Positions 20,992 to 37,022 of a stretch of DNA of 64,000 nucleotides are shown piece by piece; position 1 is the first letter of the stretch; each line of letters opens with the position of its first letter. A program made the translations under genes and the position numbers. A model generated the notes under the pieces. The model saw only the letters and a program-made list of their open reading frames with translations. It did no database searches and had not been told where the DNA came from. The stretch is from Methanocaldococcus indicus (GTDB lineage Archaea; AGJL01; Methanococci; Methanococcales; Methanocaldococcaceae), in assembly GCF_049554935.1 (NCBI RefSeq), contig NZ_CP186926.1, forward strand, positions 1,088,001-1,152,000. Direction: 5' to 3'.

Positions 20992-21219
20992 TTGGTGTTA
21001 TTTATGGAAAATCTTTGGGCTAAGATTGGGGAAACTGCTGGGAAAGTTTATCATCTCTTAGAAAGTGGAGAAAAATGTCTAAGTGAAATAGAAAAGAGAT
21101 TAAAAGAAGAAGGTTACAATACAAATATAGTAAAAATGGCTATTGGGTGGTTAGCAAGGGAAGACAAAATTGAAATATTAAAGGATAATAAAAGATGGAT
21201 TATTAGATTAAAAAGGTAA
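20992..21219 (+). CDS. Small winged-helix protein (DUF2582-like)
   Basis: IGETAGKVY...MAIGWLAREDK. Confidence 0.75.
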   Translation: MVLFMENLWAKIGETAGKVYHLLESGEKCLSEIEKRLKEEGYNTNIVKMAIGWLAREDKIEILKDNKRWIIRLKR

Positions 21220-21224
21220 TTGTT

Positions 21225-23012
21225 ATGATTGTAGGTAATTCCTCTCTATTGGCTAAGATAGATGATTATGGAGAAATTGAATATTTATTTTATCCGCATG
21301 TTGGTTATGAGTATCATAACTCAAATATTGGATTTGCAATATATTTGGATAATGTTATATGGTACTGGGATGATAGTTGGGAAATAAATCAAAAGTATTT
21401 AGATAATACAAATATACATCTTACTACTTATGAGAATGATAAATTATCAATATATTTATATGATTTTGTCCCACCTTCTCACAATGTTATTATTAGGAAA
21501 GTTATTCTAAAAAATAAGTTAGATGAAGATATTAAGTTAAAATTCTTCTCATATGAGAATATTAAGATTGGTGAGCATCCAAAACCATCAACAACCAAAT
21601 ATATAAATGGAAAAATAATCAAATATAATGAAGATTATATGTTTATAATTGGAGGGGATAAAAGACCAACATCTTTTCAATGTGGAAATAGATATGACAA
21701 AAAGTCAGCTTATATTGATATTGAAAATGGTATTCTTTCAGAAAATTCTGAAAGCTATGGAGAGCTTACAGACAGTGCATTATGTTGGGATATAAAAATA
21801 TCCAAAAATAAAAAATCTATATTAAAATTGTTTATTATGCCCAAAAAATATGATAAAGATATCTCCATCTATATAACTCAGCATAATATTCTAATTAATA
21901 ACTATAACACTATAAAAGAGCTCTCATTGAATTATTGGAAAAATTTAATAAATATTGAAGATTGGATTAGTGAAGAGTATAAGAATTATCTTAGTTTAGC
22001 AAAAAGGGCTATTCTTTTATTGAATATGTTATGTGACAAAAATGGAGGGATAATAGCAGCTCCAACAATCTTTCCAGATTATAGGTATGTTTGGGGAAGG
22101 GATGGAAGTTACATGGCTGTTGCTTTATCTTTGTATAGGCAAAAAGGTTTAGTAGAGAAGTTCTTTGAGTTTATGTTCAAAATTCAGAATGTTGATGGTT
22201 CTTGGTTACAGAACTATTTTGTTGATGGTTCTCCAAGATTAACAGCTTTACAAATTGACCAAGTTGGCTCTGTTTTGTGGGCTTTAAGAGTTTATTATAG
22301 AATATTTGGCAATAGAGAATTTATTGAGAAATATTGGAATAATATTAAAAAAGCAGGGGATTTTTTATCATCATCTATTTTAAAACAATGTTATGACTTA
22401 TGGGAGGAGAAATTTGGAGTATTTGCATATACTGTCTCTACTATTTATGGAGGATTAAGATGTGCATACAGTTTAAGTAAAGCTGTTGATAAGTTAGATG
22501 AAGTTAAACATTGGGAAAAATCTTTAAAATATATGAAAAAAGAAATTCCAAATATGTTTTATTCAAAAGAAGAAAGAAGATTTTTAAAATCAATAAATCC
22601 AGTTAATAAGGAAATAGACTCCTCTATTTTAGGGTTGGCATATCCATATGGGTTGGTAGATATAGATGATAAAAGAATGATAGAAACAGCTGAAACTATT
22701 GAAAGAGCTTTTAAATATAAAGTTGGAGGTATTGGAAGATATCCAGAGGATACATATTTTGGAGGAAATCCATGGTTAATAACAACATTATGGCTATCTC
22801 TCTATTATAGAAAATTAGGACAAATAACTAATGATGAAGTTTATACTGAAAAATCTAAAAAATTGTTTAATTGGGTTATAAAAAATATATACAATTTCCC
22901 AGAACAAATACATAAAGATTTAGGAATCCCAATATCAGCAGAACCATTGGGTTGGAGTATAGCTATGTTTTTAATATATCTTTATAAAAATGATGATGTG
23001 ATACTATGCTAA
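21225..23012 (+). CDS. Glucoamylase, GH15
   Basis: IIAAP, YRYVWGRD, QIDQ, DLWEE, RYPED, PEQ, PLGWS. Confidence 0.92.
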   Translation: MIVGNSSLLAKIDDYGEIEYLFYPHVGYEYHNSNIGFAIYLDNVIWYWDDSWEINQKYLDNTNIHLTTYENDKLSIYLYDFVPPSHNVIIRKVILKNKLDEDIKLKFFSYENIKIGEHPKPSTTKYINGKIIKYNEDYMFIIGGDKRPTSFQCGNRYDKKSAYIDIENGILSENSESYGELTDSALCWDIKISKNKKSILKLFIMPKKYDKDISIYITQHNILINNYNTIKELSLNYWKNLINIEDWISEEYKNYLSLAKRAILLLNMLCDKNGGIIAAPTIFPDYRYVWGRDGSYMAVALSLYRQKGLVEKFFEFMFKIQNVDGSWLQNYFVDGSPRLTALQIDQVGSVLWALRVYYRIFGNREFIEKYWNNIKKAGDFLSSSILKQCYDLWEEKFGVFAYTVSTIYGGLRCAYSLSKAVDKLDEVKHWEKSLKYMKKEIPNMFYSKEERRFLKSINPVNKEIDSSILGLAYPYGLVDIDDKRMIETAETIERAFKYKVGGIGRYPEDTYFGGNPWLITTLWLSLYYRKLGQITNDEVYTEKSKKLFNWVIKNIYNFPEQIHKDLGIPISAEPLGWSIAMFLIYLYKNDDVILC

Positions 23013-24286
23013 TTACCTTCAATTTTGAAGTTTATCAGCCATACAGATTAAATAAAAAACTAAAAAATTCAAATAACTTAAAAGATAGATATTTTGATAA
23101 TAAACTAAATAAAGAGGTATTTAATAAAGTGGCAAATAACTGTTATATTCCTACAAATGAGCTTTTATTGGAGTTGATAGATGAACATAATTTTAAAGTG
23201 AATTTTTCTATCTCAGGAGTTTTTATTGAGCAAGCTATTGAGTATAATGATTATGTTTTAGATTTATTTGTTGATTTAGTTAAAACTGGAAATGTTGAGT
23301 TAATTGGAGAGACATACTATCACTCACTATCAAGTTTGTTAGAAGATGAAAGTGAATTTATAGAGAATATTGTAATGCATAGAGAAATATACAAAGAGAT
23401 TTTTAAATTTAAATCAAGAGTTTTTAGAAATACAGAGTTGATATATAACAACAGAATTGGAAAGATTGTTAAGGATTTAGGATTTGAGGCAATATTTACA
23501 GAAGGATTAGAGAGAATTTTAGAGTGGAGAAGTCCAAATTATCTTTATCAATCTCCTGATGGAATAAAAATACTTTTAAGAAATTATAGATTAAGTGATG
23601 ATATTGGTTTTAGATTTTCAGCTAAAAATTGGGAAGAGTATCCTTTAACAGCAGATAAATATGCTTATTGGCTGTCAGTAACTCCTGGAGAGGTAATAAA
23701 TATATATATGGATTATGAAACTTTTGGAGAACATCATTGGAAAGATACTGGAATCTTTGAATTTTTAAGGTATTTACCAATTGAAATAAATAAACATGAG
23801 AATTTAGAGGTTGTTAATGTTAGTGAAGCAATAGAAAGGTTGGAGCCAAAAGGAGAATATTTTGTTCATGAATTTTCAACAATTTCTTGGGCTGATTCTG
23901 AGAGAGATGTAAGTGCATGGCTTGGGAATAGAATGCAAATAATATCATTTGAAAAATTATGTAAAATTAGAGATATTGTTAAAGATAAAGATGAAGTTAG
24001 GAAGATTTATGGATATCTAACAACAAGTGACCACTTATATTATCAATCAACAAAAGGTTTTAGTGATGGAGAAGTTCATAACTATTTCAGTTATTTTGAT
24101 ACTCCATTTGATGCCTTTGCTACTTATTTAAATGTTCTTTATGATTTTGAGTATAAAATAAAAGATAGGGAAAGAGAAAATTATGATGATTCATATATGT
24201 ATAATATAGAAGATGAAAATATTTATGAAGAGTATAATGAAAATGATGATAATAATAACAATAGTGAGAATATTCTAATATTATAA
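23006..24286 (+). CDS. Alpha-amylase, GH57
   Basis: ETYYHSL, RNTEL, MDYETFGEH; acidic low-complexity C-terminal tail. Confidence 0.92.
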   Translation: MLITFNFEVYQPYRLNKKLKNSNNLKDRYFDNKLNKEVFNKVANNCYIPTNELLLELIDEHNFKVNFSISGVFIEQAIEYNDYVLDLFVDLVKTGNVELIGETYYHSLSSLLEDESEFIENIVMHREIYKEIFKFKSRVFRNTELIYNNRIGKIVKDLGFEAIFTEGLERILEWRSPNYLYQSPDGIKILLRNYRLSDDIGFRFSAKNWEEYPLTADKYAYWLSVTPGEVINIYMDYETFGEHHWKDTGIFEFLRYLPIEINKHENLEVVNVSEAIERLEPKGEYFVHEFSTISWADSERDVSAWLGNRMQIISFEKLCKIRDIVKDKDEVRKIYGYLTTSDHLYYQSTKGFSDGEVHNYFSYFDTPFDAFATYLNVLYDFEYKIKDRERENYDDSYMYNIEDENIYEEYNENDDNNNNSENILIL

Positions 24287-24299
24287 TTTAGGTGAAATT

Positions 24300-25200
24300 A
24301 TGAAAAAATTAAGAAAAAAAGATATTAAGGTTCCTTTAACTGTCCCAGAAAGTGTTAAAAAAGAATATGTATCTAATTATTTAGAATTAACAAAAAAAAC
24401 TGGAAATGTTATGATTTTTGCAGGAGACCAAAAAATAGAACATTTGAATGATGACTTTTTTGGGGAAAATATTGCTAAGGAAGATGCTTCTCCAGAGCAT
24501 TTATTTAATATAGCAAGTAAAGGAAAGATTTGTGCCTTTGCTACACAACTTGGTTTAATAGCAAGATATGGTATGGATTATAGAAAAATTCCATATATAG
24601 TTAAAATCAACTCTAAAACTCATTTAGTTAAAAGTAGAGACCCAATTAGTAAAGGGTTAGTTAGTGTTAAAGATGTTGTTGAATTTAAAGAAAATTCTGG
24701 ATTGAATATTTTAGGAGTTGGTTATACTATCTATCCTGGTAGTGAGTATGAACATATAATGTTTGAGGAGGCATCAAAAATAATATTAGAGGCACATAAG
24801 CATGGACTAATTGCAATATTATGGAGTTATCCAAGAGGTAAGAATGTTAAAGATGAAAGAGACCCTCATATTATTGCAGGAGCTGCAGGAGTTGCTGTAT
24901 GTTTGGGAGCTGATTTTGTTAAAGTTAATTATCCAAAGTGTGAAAATCCAGCTGAAAGATTTAAAGAGACAGTTTTAGCAGCTGGAAGAACAGGAGTTTT
25001 ATGTGCAGGAGGTAAGTCAAGAGACCCAAAAGTATTTTTAAAAGATATTTGGGAGCAAATTAATATTAGTGGAGCAAGAGGTAATGCAACAGGAAGAAAT
25101 ATACACCAAAAACCTTTGGATTTAGCTATTAGAATGTGTAATGCTATATATGCTATAACAATTGAAGGAAAGAGTTATGAAGAAGCTTTAAAAATATACT

Positions 25201-25208
<8 letters not shown>
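24300..25208 (+). CDS. Class I (DhnA-type) aldolase, likely fructose-bisphosphate aldolase
   Basis: DQKIEH, WSYPRG, ADFVKV, AGG, GRNIHQ. Confidence 0.85.
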
Positions 25209-29683
<4,475 letters not shown>

Positions 29684-29800
29684 CAGAAAATAGTATTAAT
29701 ACAATAACATAAATTTTAAATGTAATAAAATTTATTATTATCCTTTTAATATCTTTCTTATCTTTCTTTATAATAATATTAAAAATTATTTGGTGATTTT

Positions 29801-30067
29801 ATGGCTATAAGAGTATCTGACATTATTGGAAAAGAAGTATATACTACAAAAGCTCTTTATGTTGGAAAGGTTTATGATGTTATGGTTGATTTAGATAAAG
29901 GAGCAATAAGTGGATTGGTATTAACAAATATATCAAGAGGTTGTTTAGCCAACTTAGTATCAGACCCTACAAAAAAAGTAGTTATTCCTTATTCATTAGT
30001 TTCAGCAATTGGAAACATAATACTAATAAAATCTCCAAGTGAAGCTAACTACAACTTTTTAAAATAA
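29801..30067 (+). CDS. PRC-barrel domain protein (possibly CdpB-type cell division factor)
   Basis: IIGKEVY...VGKVYDV...[15 protein letters not shown]. Confidence 0.8.
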   Translation: MAIRVSDIIGKEVYTTKALYVGKVYDVMVDLDKGAISGLVLTNISRGCLANLVSDPTKKVVIPYSLVSAIGNIILIKSPSEANYNFLK

Positions 30068-30087
30068 CTATTTTTTGGTGAAATAAA

Positions 30088-30858
30088 TTGTCCTTAAAAA
30101 TAGGGTTAGTTGGATGTGGTGCAGTTGGAAATTTTATAGTTAAGAAAATAAATGAAGGAATGATTAAAGCTAAGTTAATAGCTTTGTATGATAGAAACTA
30201 TGAAAAATCTCTTAAATTGGCAAAAATTTTAGATGTAAAAGCTTGTAAGAGTTTAGATGAGTTAGTTAAGGAAGATATTGATTTAGTTGTTGAAGCTGCA
30301 TCAATAAATGCTGTTGAAGAAGTTGTTAAAAAATCAATATTAAACAATAGAGATGTTCTTATATTGAGTGTTGGAGCATTTGCTGATAAAAATTTATTTT
30401 TAAATATTTGTAAGTTGCTAAAAAACTCCAATAATAGAGTATATATCCCTTCTGGGGCAGTTGCAGGTTTAGATGCTCTTAAAGTTATTAAATATTGTAA
30501 GAATAAAAGAGTTAAACTTAGAACTGTTAAATCACCTAAATCTCTTGGAGTAGATGTAAAAGAAGAAACTATATTATTTAGAGGAAATGCCTTAGATGCT
30601 ATAAAAAAATTCCCTGCTAATATAAATGTAGCTATTACTCTATCCTTAGCTGTTGGATATCCTATAGATGTAGAAATAGTTGCAAATCCAAATATAGATA
30701 AGAACAGACATGAAATTTATGTAGAAAGTGATATTAGCAATATAAAAATAATTTTAGAGAATAAACCATTAAAAGATAATCCTAAAACTTCTGCATTAGC
30801 TGCTTATTCAATTGTTAAGACAATAAATGAAATTCAAGAGAATATAAGAATAGTATGA
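30088..30858 (+). CDS. nadX: L-aspartate dehydrogenase
   Basis: GCGAVG, VEAAS, SVGA, PSGAVAGLD, FPANINVA, NPKTS. Confidence 0.93.
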   Translation: MSLKIGLVGCGAVGNFIVKKINEGMIKAKLIALYDRNYEKSLKLAKILDVKACKSLDELVKEDIDLVVEAASINAVEEVVKKSILNNRDVLILSVGAFADKNLFLNICKLLKNSNNRVYIPSGAVAGLDALKVIKYCKNKRVKLRTVKSPKSLGVDVKEETILFRGNALDAIKKFPANINVAITLSLAVGYPIDVEIVANPNIDKNRHEIYVESDISNIKIILENKPLKDNPKTSALAAYSIVKTINEIQENIRIV

Positions 30859-31018
30859 ACTATCTATATATTTTTGTGTATTTTAGTTAGTTTTTAATAA
30901 AATTTATTAAACCATAACATATATAAAGAGAAAAGTTTTATTTAGATTAGACAATAAATTTTAGATTTAGTGTATAGTATAATTAAATATTTAAAAACAC
31001 AGAATTAGGTGGGAATTA

Positions 31019-31321
31019 ATGGTTCAAATGAGTGAAGGATTTAGAAGAAAAACAAGAAAAAAATTATCTAAAAAACCAAGAGAAAGAGGTCTATATCCTA
31101 TAACAAGAGCATTGAGAGAGTATAAAGAAGGAGAGTATGTAGCTATAAAAATAGACCCATCAGTTCATAAAGGAATGCCTCATCCAAGATATCATGGAAG
31201 AACTGGAGTTGTTGTAGGGAAACAAGGAAAAGCATTTTTAGTTAAAATAAGAGATGGAGGAAAGGAAAAAATATTAATTGCTTTCCCACAACATTTAAAG
31301 CCTGTTAATGTGGGACAATGA
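31019..31321 (+). CDS. rpl21e: 50S ribosomal protein L21e
   Basis: [21 protein letters not shown]. Confidence 0.97.
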   Translation: MVQMSEGFRRKTRKKLSKKPRERGLYPITRALREYKEGEYVAIKIDPSVHKGMPHPRYHGRTGVVVGKQGKAFLVKIRDGGKEKILIAFPQHLKPVNVGQ

Positions 31322-31641
31322 TTGGAAAAAAAATATTAGAAGAAAAAATTATAACTATTTCTGAAGCATCTAAAATTATGGAAGAAAGAGCTAAATTAGG
31401 AGAATTATCTTATGAACAAGGTTGTGCATTAGATTACTTACAAAAACTTAAAAAATTATCTCCTGAAAAAGCAAGAGAATTAGTTAATGAGCTTATTAGT
31501 ATTGGTGTAGATAAAGAGACAGCTGTTAAAATAGCTGATATTCTTCCAGAGGACATGGATGATTTAAGAGCTATCTATTACAAAAGAGAACTACCTGAAA
31601 ATGTAGATGAAATATTAGAAACAGTTAAAAAATACATCTAA
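31318..31641 (+). CDS. rpo4: RNA polymerase subunit Rpo4 (F)
   Basis: LSYEQ..ALDY, KIADILP; conserved position after L21e. Confidence 0.93.
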   Translation: MIGKKILEEKIITISEASKIMEERAKLGELSYEQGCALDYLQKLKKLSPEKARELVNELISIGVDKETAVKIADILPEDMDDLRAIYYKRELPENVDEILETVKKYI

Positions 31642-31660
31642 ATTTTTTTAGTATTGTATA

Positions 31661-32308
31661 TTGATAGATTTAAGTAAAAGGTGGAATTTTATGGTTACTA
31701 TTCATAATATCAAAAAAAAGAATAAGCCACAAAAATATGAAAAATATGCATGGATTTTAGATTATCTCCCTTATGGATATCATGGTAAAGGAGAACCAAT
31801 AGCCCAAGGATTGGGAGAAGAACAATTTTTATTAATGGAATTAAAACCAAAAGATGATGTATTTTTAGGAGAGAGGGTTTATATTGGAAAAGGTAAGAGA
31901 GATAAGATAGACCATGTTATAAAAATGATTAAATATGAAAATTTAACATCAACAGCTAAAACAGAACTTTTATATGTTGTTATGGATGCTGTCAAGCATC
32001 AAGAGGAGAGATTTGTAAGATTCTTAAATGAATGTCCTCCTATAACAAATAGACTACATTCCTTAGAATTACTTCCTGGAATTAGAGTTAAATATATGTG
32101 GAAAATTATTGAAGAGAGAGAAAGAGAAAAATTTAAAAGTTTTGAAGATTTTGAGAAGAGAATTGGAAAAGACCCTGTTAGGATGATTGCTGAAAGAATT
32201 GTTAAAGAACTATCTGATAATAAAAAAGATAAATATTACTTATTTGTTAAGTGGAAAAAGGGAATAATATTGGATGAGGATGATATGGCATTTTATTTAA
32301 AAGAGTAA
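31661..32308 (+). CDS. DUF655 RNA-binding protein
   Basis: ILDYLP.G, RLHSLELLPGI; conserved synteny after rpo4. Confidence 0.85.
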   Translation: MIDLSKRWNFMVTIHNIKKKNKPQKYEKYAWILDYLPYGYHGKGEPIAQGLGEEQFLLMELKPKDDVFLGERVYIGKGKRDKIDHVIKMIKYENLTSTAKTELLYVVMDAVKHQEERFVRFLNECPPITNRLHSLELLPGIRVKYMWKIIEEREREKFKSFEDFEKRIGKDPVRMIAERIVKELSDNKKDKYYLFVKWKKGIILDEDDMAFYLKE

Positions 32309-32330
32309 ATTTAATTTTTTTGGTGAGGAG

Positions 32331-33395
32331 ATGATTAATCTAAGAAAGTTAGAGCATATTTTTATTTGTAATCATTGTGATGTTGAATATAAAAAAACTA
32401 CTCTTTTGGAAGATGTTGAGCTTATACACTCTGGATGTGGGGGAGTTGATTTCAGCTCTATTGAGACAGAAATAGAAATTTTTGGAAAAAAATTAGATGC
32501 ACCTATTATTGTATCTGGAATTACTGGGGGATATGAAGGAGCAAAAGAAATAAATAAAAATATTGCTAAGGCTGTTGAAGAACTTAACTTAGGAATGGGT
32601 GTTGGCTCACAAAGAGCAGGAATTTTAAATAAGGATTTGGAAGATACATATAGTATAGTTAGAAAATATACAGATGGTTTGGTTATTGGTAATTTGGGAG
32701 CTGTTAATTTAATGGATAGTTGGGGTTTAGAGGAGATTGATAAAGCTGTTAATATGATTGATGCAGATGCATTAGCTATTCATTTTAATCCTCTCCAAGA
32801 GATTATACAACCAGAGGGAGATGTTAATTTTAAGAATATAAATAAACTAAAACTATTAATTGAAGAGTATAAGAAAGAGTATAAAGATATCCCTTTTATT
32901 GCTAAACAAGTAGGAGAAGGATTCTCCAAAGAAGATGCTAAGAAATTATCATTTTTTGATGCAATAGATGTTCAAGGTAGTGGAGGAACATCTTGGGCAA
33001 AAGTTGAGTTATATAGAGTTAAAGATGAAGAGTATAAAAAAATATTATCTAAATTTTCTGAATGGGGAATTCCAACAGCTTTATCAATATTGGAAGTTAA
33101 ATCAGTATATAATAAGGTTATTATTGGTTCTGGTGGAATTAGAAGTGGTATAGATATTGCAAAAACTATAATTTTAGGATGTTCTTCTTCTGGAATAGCT
33201 TTGCCAATATTAAAAGCAGCATTGAGAAGTTGGGAAGAGGTTGTTAAAGTTTTAGAGAGATATATAAAAGAATTAAAAATAACTATGTTTTTAGTTGGTG
33301 CTGAAAATATTGATGAGCTAAGAAACACACCCTACATAATAAAAGGACAATTAAAAGAACTAATAAATCAGAGAATAAGAGGAGATACTATATGA
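32331..33395 (+). CDS. fni: Type 2 isopentenyl-diphosphate delta-isomerase
   Basis: RKLEH, TGG, GVGSQR, HFNPLQE, GGTSW, SGGIR. Confidence 0.95.
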   Translation: MINLRKLEHIFICNHCDVEYKKTTLLEDVELIHSGCGGVDFSSIETEIEIFGKKLDAPIIVSGITGGYEGAKEINKNIAKAVEELNLGMGVGSQRAGILNKDLEDTYSIVRKYTDGLVIGNLGAVNLMDSWGLEEIDKAVNMIDADALAIHFNPLQEIIQPEGDVNFKNINKLKLLIEEYKKEYKDIPFIAKQVGEGFSKEDAKKLSFFDAIDVQGSGGTSWAKVELYRVKDEEYKKILSKFSEWGIPTALSILEVKSVYNKVIIGSGGIRSGIDIAKTIILGCSSSGIALPILKAALRSWEEVVKVLERYIKELKITMFLVGAENIDELRNTPYIIKGQLKELINQRIRGDTI

Positions 33396-34738
33396 AGTTA
33401 GAAATTATTGCAATAGGTGGGTATGAGGAAGTTGGTAGAAACATGACAGCAGTTAATGTTGATGGAGAGATTATTATTTTTGATATGGGTGTTAGATTAG
33501 ATAGAGTCTTAATTCATGAAGATACAGACATATCAAAACTCCATAGTTTAGAGTTGATAGAGAAGGGAATTATTCCAAATGATACAGTTATGAGAAATAT
33601 TGAGGGTGAGGTTAAAGCAATTGTTCTATCTCATGGACATCTTGACCATATTGGAGCTGTTCCAAAGTTGGCTCATAGATACAATGCTCCAATTATTGGG
33701 ACTCCCTACACTATTGAATTAGTTAAAAGAGAAATTTTAAGTGAGAAGAAGTTTGATGTTAGAAATCCTCTAATAGTTTTAAATGCAGGAGAATCTATGG
33801 ATATAACTCCAAACCTTACATTAGAGTTTATTAGAATAACTCACAGTATTCCTGATTCAGTTCTTCCAGTTCTTTATACTCCTTATGGAGCTATTGTATA
33901 TGGAAATGATTTTAAATTTGACAACTTTCCAGTTGTTGGGGAAAAGCCTGATTATAGAGCTATAAAAAAGGTAGGAAAAAATGGAGTTCTATGCTTTATT
34001 TCAGAAACAACAAGAATAAACCATGAAGGAAAAACACCTCCAGAGATTATAGCATCAGGATTATTAAAAAATGATTTACTTTCAGCTGATAATGATAAAA
34101 ATGGAGTTATTGTCACTACTTTCTCATCTCATATAGCAAGAATAAAATCTATAACAGAGATAGCTGAAAAAATGGGAAGAACTCCTATTTTATTAGGAAG
34201 AAGTATGTTGAGATACTGTGGAATAGCCCAAGATATAGGTATAGTTAAGTTTCCAGAAGATTTAAGAATTTATGGAGACCCTTCATCTATTGAGATGGCT
34301 CTAAAAATGATAAGAAAAGAAGGTAAAGAAAAATATTTAATTATAGCTACTGGACACCAAGGAGAAGAAGGAGCAGTATTATCAAGAATGGCAACAAATA
34401 AAACGCCTTATGTATTTGAAAAGTATGACTGTGTTGTCTTCTCAGCTGACCCAATTCCTAATCCAATGAATGCAGCCCAAAGATATATGTTGGAATCAAG
34501 GTTAAAACTCTTAGGTGTTAGAATATTTAAAGGAGCTCATGTTTCTGGACATGCATCAAAAGAAGACCATAGAGACATGTTAAGATGGTTAAACCCGGAG
34601 CATATTATTCCTTCCCATGGTGACTTTAATTTGACAGCTGAATATACAAAATTGGCTGAGGAAGAAGGATATAGATTGGGAGATGATGTTCATTTATTAA
34701 GAAATGGGCAATGTTTAACATTTGAAAGAATATTATAA
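33392..34738 (+). CDS. rnj: Ribonuclease J (beta-CASP)
   Basis: GGYEEVGRN, SHGHLDHIG, HSIPD, HVSGH. Confidence 0.93.
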   Translation: MKLEIIAIGGYEEVGRNMTAVNVDGEIIIFDMGVRLDRVLIHEDTDISKLHSLELIEKGIIPNDTVMRNIEGEVKAIVLSHGHLDHIGAVPKLAHRYNAPIIGTPYTIELVKREILSEKKFDVRNPLIVLNAGESMDITPNLTLEFIRITHSIPDSVLPVLYTPYGAIVYGNDFKFDNFPVVGEKPDYRAIKKVGKNGVLCFISETTRINHEGKTPPEIIASGLLKNDLLSADNDKNGVIVTTFSSHIARIKSITEIAEKMGRTPILLGRSMLRYCGIAQDIGIVKFPEDLRIYGDPSSIEMALKMIRKEGKEKYLIIATGHQGEEGAVLSRMATNKTPYVFEKYDCVVFSADPIPNPMNAAQRYMLESRLKLLGVRIFKGAHVSGHASKEDHRDMLRWLNPEHIIPSHGDFNLTAEYTKLAEEEGYRLGDDVHLLRNGQCLTFERIL

Positions 34739-34749
34739 AATTCATTAAG

Positions 34750-35709
34750 GTGATAGTTATTTTCAAAAAAGAACTTCTAAATTTGATAGATAATGAGTTA
34801 AAAAAGTATCTAAATAAAGATGACAATCTATACAATGCATCTAAGCATTTAACATTTGCAGGTGGTAAAAGAATAAGACCTTATCTAACTCTTTTAGTCT
34901 ATAAACTAAAAAAAGATGATTTAGAAAAGGCATTACCTGGGGCTGTTTCAGTTGAATTAATACACAACTACACTTTAATACATGATGACATTATGGACAA
35001 TGATGATTTAAGAAGAGGAAAACCAACAGTTCATAAAGTTTTTGGTGTCCCAATAGCTATTTTAGCAGGAGATTTATTATATGCTAAGGCATTTGAAGCT
35101 ATATCAAATATAGAAGATAATAAAAAAGCTCATGAAGTTTTGAAAATTCTTTCAAAAGCTTGTGTTGAAGTATGTGAAGGACAAGCCATGGATATGGAAT
35201 TTGAAAGAAGATTTCCTAATATGGATGAATATTTAGAAATGATAAGAAAAAAGACAGGAGCTTTATTAGAGGCAAGTGCAAAGATTGGAGGAATTTTAGC
35301 AGATTTCAATGAAGAGGAGTTAAAGGCAATAGAAGAATATTCAAAATTAATAGGGTTAAATTTCCAGATTCAAGATGATATTTTAGATTTGATAGGGGAT
35401 AAGAACAAAATAGGAAAACCAGTAGGGAGTGATATAAGAGAAGGAAAAAAGACAATAATTATAATACATGCATTAGAAAATTTGGATGAAGAGAAAAAAG
35501 GAAGATTATTAAGTTTATTAGGCAAGAAAGATATAACAGATGAAGAGATAAAAGAAGCAATTGAAATATTAAAACCATCAATTGAATATGCTAAAAAACT
35601 AATGGAAGAAAACAATAAGAAGGCATTAAAAGCTTTAGAGATATTTGATAAAGATAGAAGAAAAGATTTAGAAGATTTAGCCAACTTCATTATAAGTAGG
35701 ATATATTAA
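34750..35709 (+). CDS. idsA: Geranylgeranyl diphosphate synthase
   Basis: GGKRIRP, HDDIMD, RRG, GQAMD, KT, QDDILD. Confidence 0.93.
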   Translation: MIVIFKKELLNLIDNELKKYLNKDDNLYNASKHLTFAGGKRIRPYLTLLVYKLKKDDLEKALPGAVSVELIHNYTLIHDDIMDNDDLRRGKPTVHKVFGVPIAILAGDLLYAKAFEAISNIEDNKKAHEVLKILSKACVEVCEGQAMDMEFERRFPNMDEYLEMIRKKTGALLEASAKIGGILADFNEEELKAIEEYSKLIGLNFQIQDDILDLIGDKNKIGKPVGSDIREGKKTIIIIHALENLDEEKKGRLLSLLGKKDITDEEIKEAIEILKPSIEYAKKLMEENNKKALKALEIFDKDRRKDLEDLANFIISRIY

Positions 35710-35729
35710 AAATTTTTTATTGTGATATC

Positions 35730-36212
35730 ATGAAGTTCCCAGAGTTGTATGTAGAAAATCCAAAAAAACATGAGAATAAGAGAGTTGTTATAGAAAGAGA
35801 TGGAAAAATTATAAAATTTTTAGATGAAAATGAAGACTATAAAGGAGATGGAAAAGTTCTATATAAAATAATATATGATGACTTTCCAAACTATATTCTT
35901 ATGAATGAACTTCTTTCTGATATCTTGCTTTATTATGAAGTTGGGGGAGCTAAACAAATAATATATCTAAAAAAAGGAACTAAACTTTTAGAAATTATGG
36001 CTGAGGGTTATAAAGTTTATCCAATTGTTGATTTTGGATGTAGAATTTTAGAAAATCATAGATTAGCAGCTATTCAAACAGGTAAAGGAGAGATTAGATT
36101 TGTAAATACTCCTGTAACTGGATTAGTTATTTTCTTAGAGGAAATCCCAACAAAATCTGGGAGAGAAAACTATAAATTTTACATACTCCCAGATAAAGAA
36201 ATTGAGGTTTAA
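35730..36212 (+). CDS. Conserved archaeal protein (DUF2118-like)
   Basis: EG..V.PI...G...LA..TGKGEIR pattern. Confidence 0.65.
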   Translation: MKFPELYVENPKKHENKRVVIERDGKIIKFLDENEDYKGDGKVLYKIIYDDFPNYILMNELLSDILLYYEVGGAKQIIYLKKGTKLLEIMAEGYKVYPIVDFGCRILENHRLAAIQTGKGEIRFVNTPVTGLVIFLEEIPTKSGRENYKFYILPDKEIEV

Positions 36213-36214
36213 TT

Positions 36215-36496
36215 ATGTTTGTTGCTAAACTAATAGCAGTATTTACTGTAAGAGAGGCTATTAATTCAGGATATGAAGAGTTTATAAAGTTGAGAGCAAT
36301 ATATGAAAATAGAAAATATAAAGATAATGATTATGTAGCTCTATTCAACATAGAAGGCACTACAAGCTATCATGTATTTTTTATAGATAAGGATACTAAA
36401 ATTGAAGATATTAAGAATGAGTTTGGAGAGTTAAATGTTATAATTAATTATGATTCTGAAAAATCTTTAAAAAGATTTATAGATGGTTTGAAATGA
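36215..36496 (+). CDS. Conserved methanogen protein (DUF749-like)
   Basis: FVAKL...NIEGTTSY; operonic context. Confidence 0.6.
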   Translation: MFVAKLIAVFTVREAINSGYEEFIKLRAIYENRKYKDNDYVALFNIEGTTSYHVFFIDKDTKIEDIKNEFGELNVIINYDSEKSLKRFIDGLK

Positions 36497-37020
36497 AAGA
36501 TACAAGGGGATTAGATAAAGTATGGGTAGTTTTGTCAGAGTTGGCTGCTGAGTTAGTTAAAAAAGATATAAAAGTTCCTGAGATTGTTTTTGAAAAGTTG
36601 AGGTTATCAAAGGCCATATTGACATACTACATTTTAGATGAGCACACAACAGTAAAAACTTTGGCTAAAGCTGAAAAAGAATTAAATTATGCTCAATCTT
36701 ATTTATTTTCCTTGTGTGATGAAGAATTAATGAACAAATATTTAAAAAAGTTAGAGAAAGCAATAACTGGAGAGTTAGATGTAGAATTTCCTTTACCAAA
36801 AACAAAATTTGATACAGATGTTAAAAGAAGAGGTAATGTTGAAAGCATAAGAATTAAATTACTCAAATATATTGAAGAAGAGAGAGCTATTGATTTAGGA
36901 GAATGGCATGGTGTTATATTTGAATATAAAGATGATGAGAAAGTAGTTATTGAGGGAGATATAGAGAGAGTAAAAAGAGCACTAAAAGATTTTGGTATCT
37001 TATTAAAAAAGAGTGACTAA
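36493..37020 (+). CDS. Conserved methanogen protein (DUF2096-like)
   Basis: DKVWVVLSEL...EWHGVIFE. Confidence 0.65.
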   Translation: MKDTRGLDKVWVVLSELAAELVKKDIKVPEIVFEKLRLSKAILTYYILDEHTTVKTLAKAEKELNYAQSYLFSLCDEELMNKYLKKLEKAITGELDVEFPLPKTKFDTDVKRRGNVESIRIKLLKYIEEERAIDLGEWHGVIFEYKDDEKVVIEGDIERVKRALKDFGILLKKSD

Positions 37021-37022
37021 CA